This document shows, in pieces, positions 57,973 to 64,000 of a DNA stretch of 64,000 nt (positions are counted from its first letter, which is position 1; every line of letters starts with the position of its first letter). The stretch is from Candidatus Buchananbacteria bacterium (lineage in GTDB: Bacteria > Patescibacteriota > Patescibacteriia > Buchananbacterales > UBA6539). Under the pieces are notes generated by a model. The model was not told the origin of the DNA. It worked only from the letters and a program-made list of their open reading frames with translations, and made no database searches. The DNA lies in contig JBAYMO010000001.1 in the NCBI GenBank assembly GCA_041663485.1, positions 11,023-75,022 of the forward strand, in the 5' to 3' direction. The position numbers were made by a program, and so were the translations under genes.

Positions 57973-59856
57973 TTATCTGTTCTTAAAAAAATTTGATAAA
58001 TTATTTATGTCTTGTTGAGACGGCGGTTTGGTTTTTCTTTCTTTGGCTGCTATTCTGTCTGCTTCGGCCTTGTTCTCTTTATCTTTTCTTAATTGCGCCT
58101 CTCTTTCATCTTTGAGCCTTTTTTCCTCAATTAATTCTTGTTGTTCTTCAAGCCATGGTTTTAACTTTTTAAATAAATAAGGCGACAGTTCTTCCAAAAT
58201 TTCCGGAGCAACTTCCGCTAAATATTCAGGATTACTAAATTGTCCGGCAGCCAAAAGATTTCTCACCCCATGCCCTTTATCTTGATTACCGTTTAGCAAG
58301 TCTCGATTTGTTTTTAAATCAAAACCAATTATTTTATTGGTCACCAAAAGTAGAGCCCGCTTGGTCCCATCAGGGTTATATAAAGTCGATGTTTTAGAGC
58401 GTGCATTTGATTGTTCCTGACTGTCGTCAATAACCACACCAGTTTTGGCCAATTCAATAAGTCCAGCAGAACCATTAAGTTCTTGCCGACTTGGGAATAA
58501 ATAATGCTTAACTAATAGCGGCAATTGCCCAGCAATAAAACTTTTTTTAATGCCCTCAGTCTTATTGCTTAAATTGGATGATAAACTATAAAGCGCGTCC
58601 TTAATACTTCTTTCGAGCCTAAAATCCTGATCCAAGTCGGTTTCCGATTCTGATTTCGATAATGCCTGTAGTTTAGTTAAAACGTTAAGCCATCTGTCTA
58701 AAAGCGGTTCCTGACCAATAACGGTTTCATTGGGATAGCGCTCTAGCAGTTCGTCTTCAATAGACAAAAGCGCCTGATTGCTTTTCGGTTCGTCTATCAG
58801 TTGACTCATGGCCAAAACTTCATCAACACATTCATTTTCTTTAGCTTCAACCAGTCTCCTGGCTTGGCCTAAGCTTTGACAACCAAAATGTTCCATCGCT
58901 TCAAGGCATTTACCGGCCATTTCGGTTACTTGACCATTTTCATCTAAACAATCAAATACCATCAGTTCTTTAACAACAGTTTTTTCAAGCTTCTCGGCCG
59001 ATTTGGGATACCACTTTTTAACATTTTCTCGCAACTTTTCTACCCATAGTGCAACTGGTTGACTATTCTTTTCTTTAAGTGCTTCTAAAACAAAACCGTC
59101 AAAATCAGCTAAATAATTTTCGTCTGGTATTTCTTTGCCATAAGTCACGGGACGTTGATGATCGTCAGTGGCATATTTATCATACAGAGGAATATAGCTA
59201 TTGCTAGCCTCACGCCGACGGGCAATCTCTTCTCGGCTCGCCATCCGTGTTGCCATTACTAATAAACCAGAACTCAAATCGATGCCAGAAACGGTCTGTA
59301 AACCGCTATCTAGGAGTACAACATCTGGCTTTGGTCTCTGACGTCCACCCTGATTGGAATTGTTATTTATTATCTCATTTCGTTGTCCAAAAAATTTTTC
59401 TGCTGATGATGAAGTAACAGCAACTCGTCTTTTGAAATATGGCGCGTTAAATTGTCTTGATTGACGAGCCGGCACATATTCTTTGACTACATCAATCTGA
59501 CGATTAGGCTGGCTACGGCCAATCACTTTGGCTACTTTATCAACAACCCCGCTTGAAGGCGCCATAATCACCATATCTTTTTCAACTAAAGCCCTAACGT
59601 CATCGTCTATTTTATTCTGTTGGGCTAATTCATCAAACCAAGCAATCACTTCACGCGCCCGATCTTCTAAATTCAATTGGCCTAAATTTCTAACGCCTAA
59701 TTTACCTTTAACATATTCAGCAAACTCAGACGGCTGATCGGGTGGAAACTTCACGCTAAAACCATCAATTATATCATCTTTAAATTTATCTAAACCAATC
59801 AATGATTCTCTTTCTTCCGGCGATTGGGGCATTTGATTAATGAATTCCCTGTCCAT
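57973..59856 (-). CDS. Large hypothetical protein (627 aa)
   Basis: Start revised to ATG 59856 (MDREF...) to remove the overlap with the upstream gene. Confidence 0.75.
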   Translation of the reverse strand: MDREFINQMPQSPEERESLIGLDKFKDDIIDGFSVKFPPDQPSEFAEYVKGKLGVRNLGQLNLEDRAREVIAWFDELAQQNKIDDDVRALVEKDMVIMAPSSGVVDKVAKVIGRSQPNRQIDVVKEYVPARQSRQFNAPYFKRRVAVTSSSAEKFFGQRNEIINNNSNQGGRQRPKPDVVLLDSGLQTVSGIDLSSGLLVMATRMASREEIARRREASNSYIPLYDKYATDDHQRPVTYGKEIPDENYLADFDGFVLEALKEKNSQPVALWVEKLRENVKKWYPKSAEKLEKTVVKELMVFDCLDENGQVTEMAGKCLEAMEHFGCQSLGQARRLVEAKENECVDEVLAMSQLIDEPKSNQALLSIEDELLERYPNETVIGQEPLLDRWLNVLTKLQALSKSESETDLDQDFRLERSIKDALYSLSSNLSNKTEGIKKSFIAGQLPLLVKHYLFPSRQELNGSAGLIELAKTGVVIDDSQEQSNARSKTSTLYNPDGTKRALLLVTNKIIGFDLKTNRDLLNGNQDKGHGVRNLLAAGQFSNPEYLAEVAPEILEELSPYLFKKLKPWLEEQQELIEEKRLKDEREAQLRKDKENKAEADRIAAKERKTKPPSQQDINNLSNFFKNR

Positions 59857-59872
59857 GTTTTTTATCTCTAAT

Positions 59873-60742
59873 TCATTGATTAACCGGCATAAAAGATTCC
59901 GAACTGATAATATCAGCTTCCGGATAAATCTCCACGCTTGATACCGCCGGTAAAGATTCATACCAGCGCATCTCGACTTCGCGCGTTTCTTTAGATAACA
60001 AGTTATCCAAAGAAATGTAATTGGCGCCAACCGGCGAAGTACCATTGAGTAATATCATATAAACTCCCACATGCCAATAACCATAGGCGCTGTCATTCAA
60101 AATTTTAAAATTCAAAATGCTAACCGGCAAATCGCCTTTCACGCCCGACTCCCCGGCAGCTTTGAAATTAATGTCACTGACTTTAAATTTTAACCGCTGA
60201 CTGCCATAAACAGAAAAATTATTAAACCGGCTCCAATCTACTTTAACGATTCTGACAGAGGCCCCGGCCGCATCCGCAATCTCTTGACCAAAGATGCCCA
60301 AATATTTTTCCTCACCGGCGTAAACATACCCGGTTTTTTCCGCCAAAATCTGATCATTTACTAAAAGCTGATAAGTAACATTGAGGGCCACAAAATTATT
60401 ATTGGGATTTTTTACTTTAAAGATAAAATCATATTTTCCCTCCCCGTCTTTTAAAGCATTCGAACTGAGAATTTGCAAATCTTGGGGTTTCTGTGTTTGG
60501 CGGAAATAGCTATAATCAATCAAATTATTTGGCAAATTGGCCAGATCAGCTTGCTGAGCCTGGTCGTTAATTAAAATAACTACCAACCGATAAATCGAAT
60601 AACTATATAAAATAACGCAAAAAGCTATCAACACACCAACTAAAACCTTTTTTAACTGGAGCTTATGATTTATATACCAGTAGCTGACTTTTAGTTGCCA
60701 GTGACTAATTTGTCCGGGTGGTTGAGTGTTTGGAGTAGCCAT
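59873..60742 (-). CDS. Membrane-anchored hypothetical protein with beta-rich extracellular domains
   Basis: Single N-terminal TM; KVKNPN and KILNDS Ig-like strands. Confidence 0.75.
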   Translation of the reverse strand: MATPNTQPPGQISHWQLKVSYWYINHKLQLKKVLVGVLIAFCVILYSYSIYRLVVILINDQAQQADLANLPNNLIDYSYFRQTQKPQDLQILSSNALKDGEGKYDFIFKVKNPNNNFVALNVTYQLLVNDQILAEKTGYVYAGEEKYLGIFGQEIADAAGASVRIVKVDWSRFNNFSVYGSQRLKFKVSDINFKAAGESGVKGDLPVSILNFKILNDSAYGYWHVGVYMILLNGTSPVGANYISLDNLLSKETREVEMRWYESLPAVSSVEIYPEADIISSESFMPVNQ

Positions 60743-60934
60743 AATAATAAAAATTAATACTTTTATTATAACATATTCTTAAAAATCCCACACTTAAATT
60801 AAAATTGTTATTTTATGACTCTTGGATTCTTTTTGTTCAATTTTGCCCTTGAACCTTTTATGATTTTCTGCTAAAATATAAGCAGTGAAATCTTTCTAAA
60901 TCTAAGCAATATTTCGCCAATATTTATAGGCTAA

Positions 60935-62989
<2,055 letters not shown>

Positions 62990-63007
62990 ATTTTCATTAA
63001 GTTCTTT

Positions 63008-63032
63008 AAAGCTCCGGCAGTGCCGGAGCTTT
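63008..63032. terminator. Terminator after gyrB
   Basis: AAAGCTCCGGC-AGT-GCCGGAGCTTT. Confidence 0.8.
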
Positions 63033-63124
63033 ATATTTCACAAATTATGAACCAATAATAAATTATTTACATAAAAAAAATAAGGCCGACGATAAATCGC
63101 GACCCTAAAGCATTGGTTTTTAAC

Positions 63125-63400
63125 TTAAAATGGTAGGCGGTCTGCCGCGAGTTCCTGTCGGAACTCTTCAACCTCGGCCGGCGTGATTTCGCCCAACGCC
63201 TCGGCGGGCAAATCCAGCCCAGCCGGTTTAATCGCCGTGACCGTAATCCGATTCATATTATCGCATTCAGGACACACGATAAATATTACCATCACCTCGT
63301 CATTGACCAGCCGTTCACATTCGTTGTCGGTAACAGTAAGACCAAACTGAATGGCCTGACCACATTGACGACAGCGAAACACCAAAACAATTTTTTTCAC
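63125..63400 (-). CDS. Small zinc-ribbon protein, solitary cassette with long leader
   Basis: GTG 6 nt after GGAGG; CRQC...CPEC; promoter TTGATT-17-TAGATT near 63574-63602. Confidence 0.75.
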   Translation of the reverse strand: MKKIVLVFRCRQCGQAIQFGLTVTDNECERLVNDEVMVIFIVCPECDNMNRITVTAIKPAGLDLPAEALGEITPAEVEEFRQELAADRLPF

Positions 63401-63774
63401 AATAGACCTCCATGGCTAAAACCCAAAATAGCAGACAACAAAAAATCTAATTTGCGTATCGGCATCGCGAACCGATTTGCTGTTCAAAAACAAAGGATAA
63501 TTACTAAAAGAACCAAACCGGTTTGAAACAACGCCGCTAATTATTTCTACTAAAAATCATCAGATAATACGACAATCTAACATAAATAATCAAAAAAATC
63601 AAGGCTAACGCAATGGATCAAGGTAGCAAACTGCCGTATCATATATAGCCCCTTGACTTTATTAGATTAATTGTGGTAGAATAATTAAGTAAATTAAATA
63701 AAGCCCAGCGACGGGCTTTTTAAAAAACTTTAAAAAATCAATTGGTAATCATAAGCGAATAATAAACAAAAATT

Positions 63775-63966
63775 ATGACTATTTTTGAACGCCTCACTAA
63801 TTACATCAAAACCTCCCACCAAGAACTGAAAAAAGTCGTTTGGCCAACCAAAAAGGAAGTAATCCAACACACCCTCATGGTCATCGGCATCAGCTTGGGC
63901 GTGGCCGCTTTTTTGGGCATTATTGACTATATTTTAGTCTATATCATGGGAATTATTATTAAATAA
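63775..63966 (+). CDS. secE: Preprotein translocase subunit SecE
   Basis: ELKKVVWPTKKE plus one TM helix. Confidence 0.95.
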   Translation: MTIFERLTNYIKTSHQELKKVVWPTKKEVIQHTLMVIGISLGVAAFLGIIDYILVYIMGIIIK

Positions 63967-63975
63967 CAAACGCGT

Positions 63976-64000
63976 ATGCCAAAACAAACATTACAACAAG
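63976..64000 (+). CDS. nusG: Probable start of NusG (runs off window)
   Basis: ATG directly after secE (MPKQTLQQ). Based on conserved secE-nusG order only. Confidence 0.55.

Noticed and set aside
59857-60045. Extended start of the 690-aa ORF
   Set aside because: It overlaps the upstream gene in another frame; ATG 59856 is more plausible.
63600-63774. tRNA-Trp often found upstream of secE
   Set aside because: No cloverleaf or T-loop found; only a short AAAGCCC/GGGCTTT hairpin.

Overview
This 64-kb window is from an AT-rich bacterial chromosome with most genes on the minus strand. Gene content and style suggest Patescibacteria/CPR, Parcubacteria-ABY1-like (an inference). The backbone carries cell-wall and shape genes (ftsQ, ddl, alr, mreBCD-mrdA, a second mreB), translation and transcription genes (serS, lysS, greA, frr, rpsB-tsf, secE-nusG), holB, gyrB, lower glycolysis (two tandem gpmI, eno, pgk, gap), three GT2 genes, a MacB-type ABC transporter and an HTH-umuD/umuC pair. 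A group 3b-type NiFe hydrogenase locus has a very reduced accessory set and an unannotated Cys/Lys micropeptide. Housekeeping genes almost all lack Shine-Dalgarno sites. Scattered among them are about 8 solitary, GC-richer genes that all have a purine-rich SD (mostly GGAGG/GAGGAG) and mostly have their own sigma70 promoter, structured leader and terminator. The main unexplained signals are: (1) a ~320-nt highly paired, independently transcribed ncRNA between mrdA and greA; (2) a leader with three abutting hairpins that all carry the loop CUGUU; (3) a TrpR/YerC-like repressor whose tail is a His-His leader driving a complete attenuator upstream of a radical SAM/SPASM gene; (4) the class of SD-bearing cassettes itself. 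No rRNA, tRNA, CRISPR array or transposase was seen. All structures were paired by eye, and no database searches were run.
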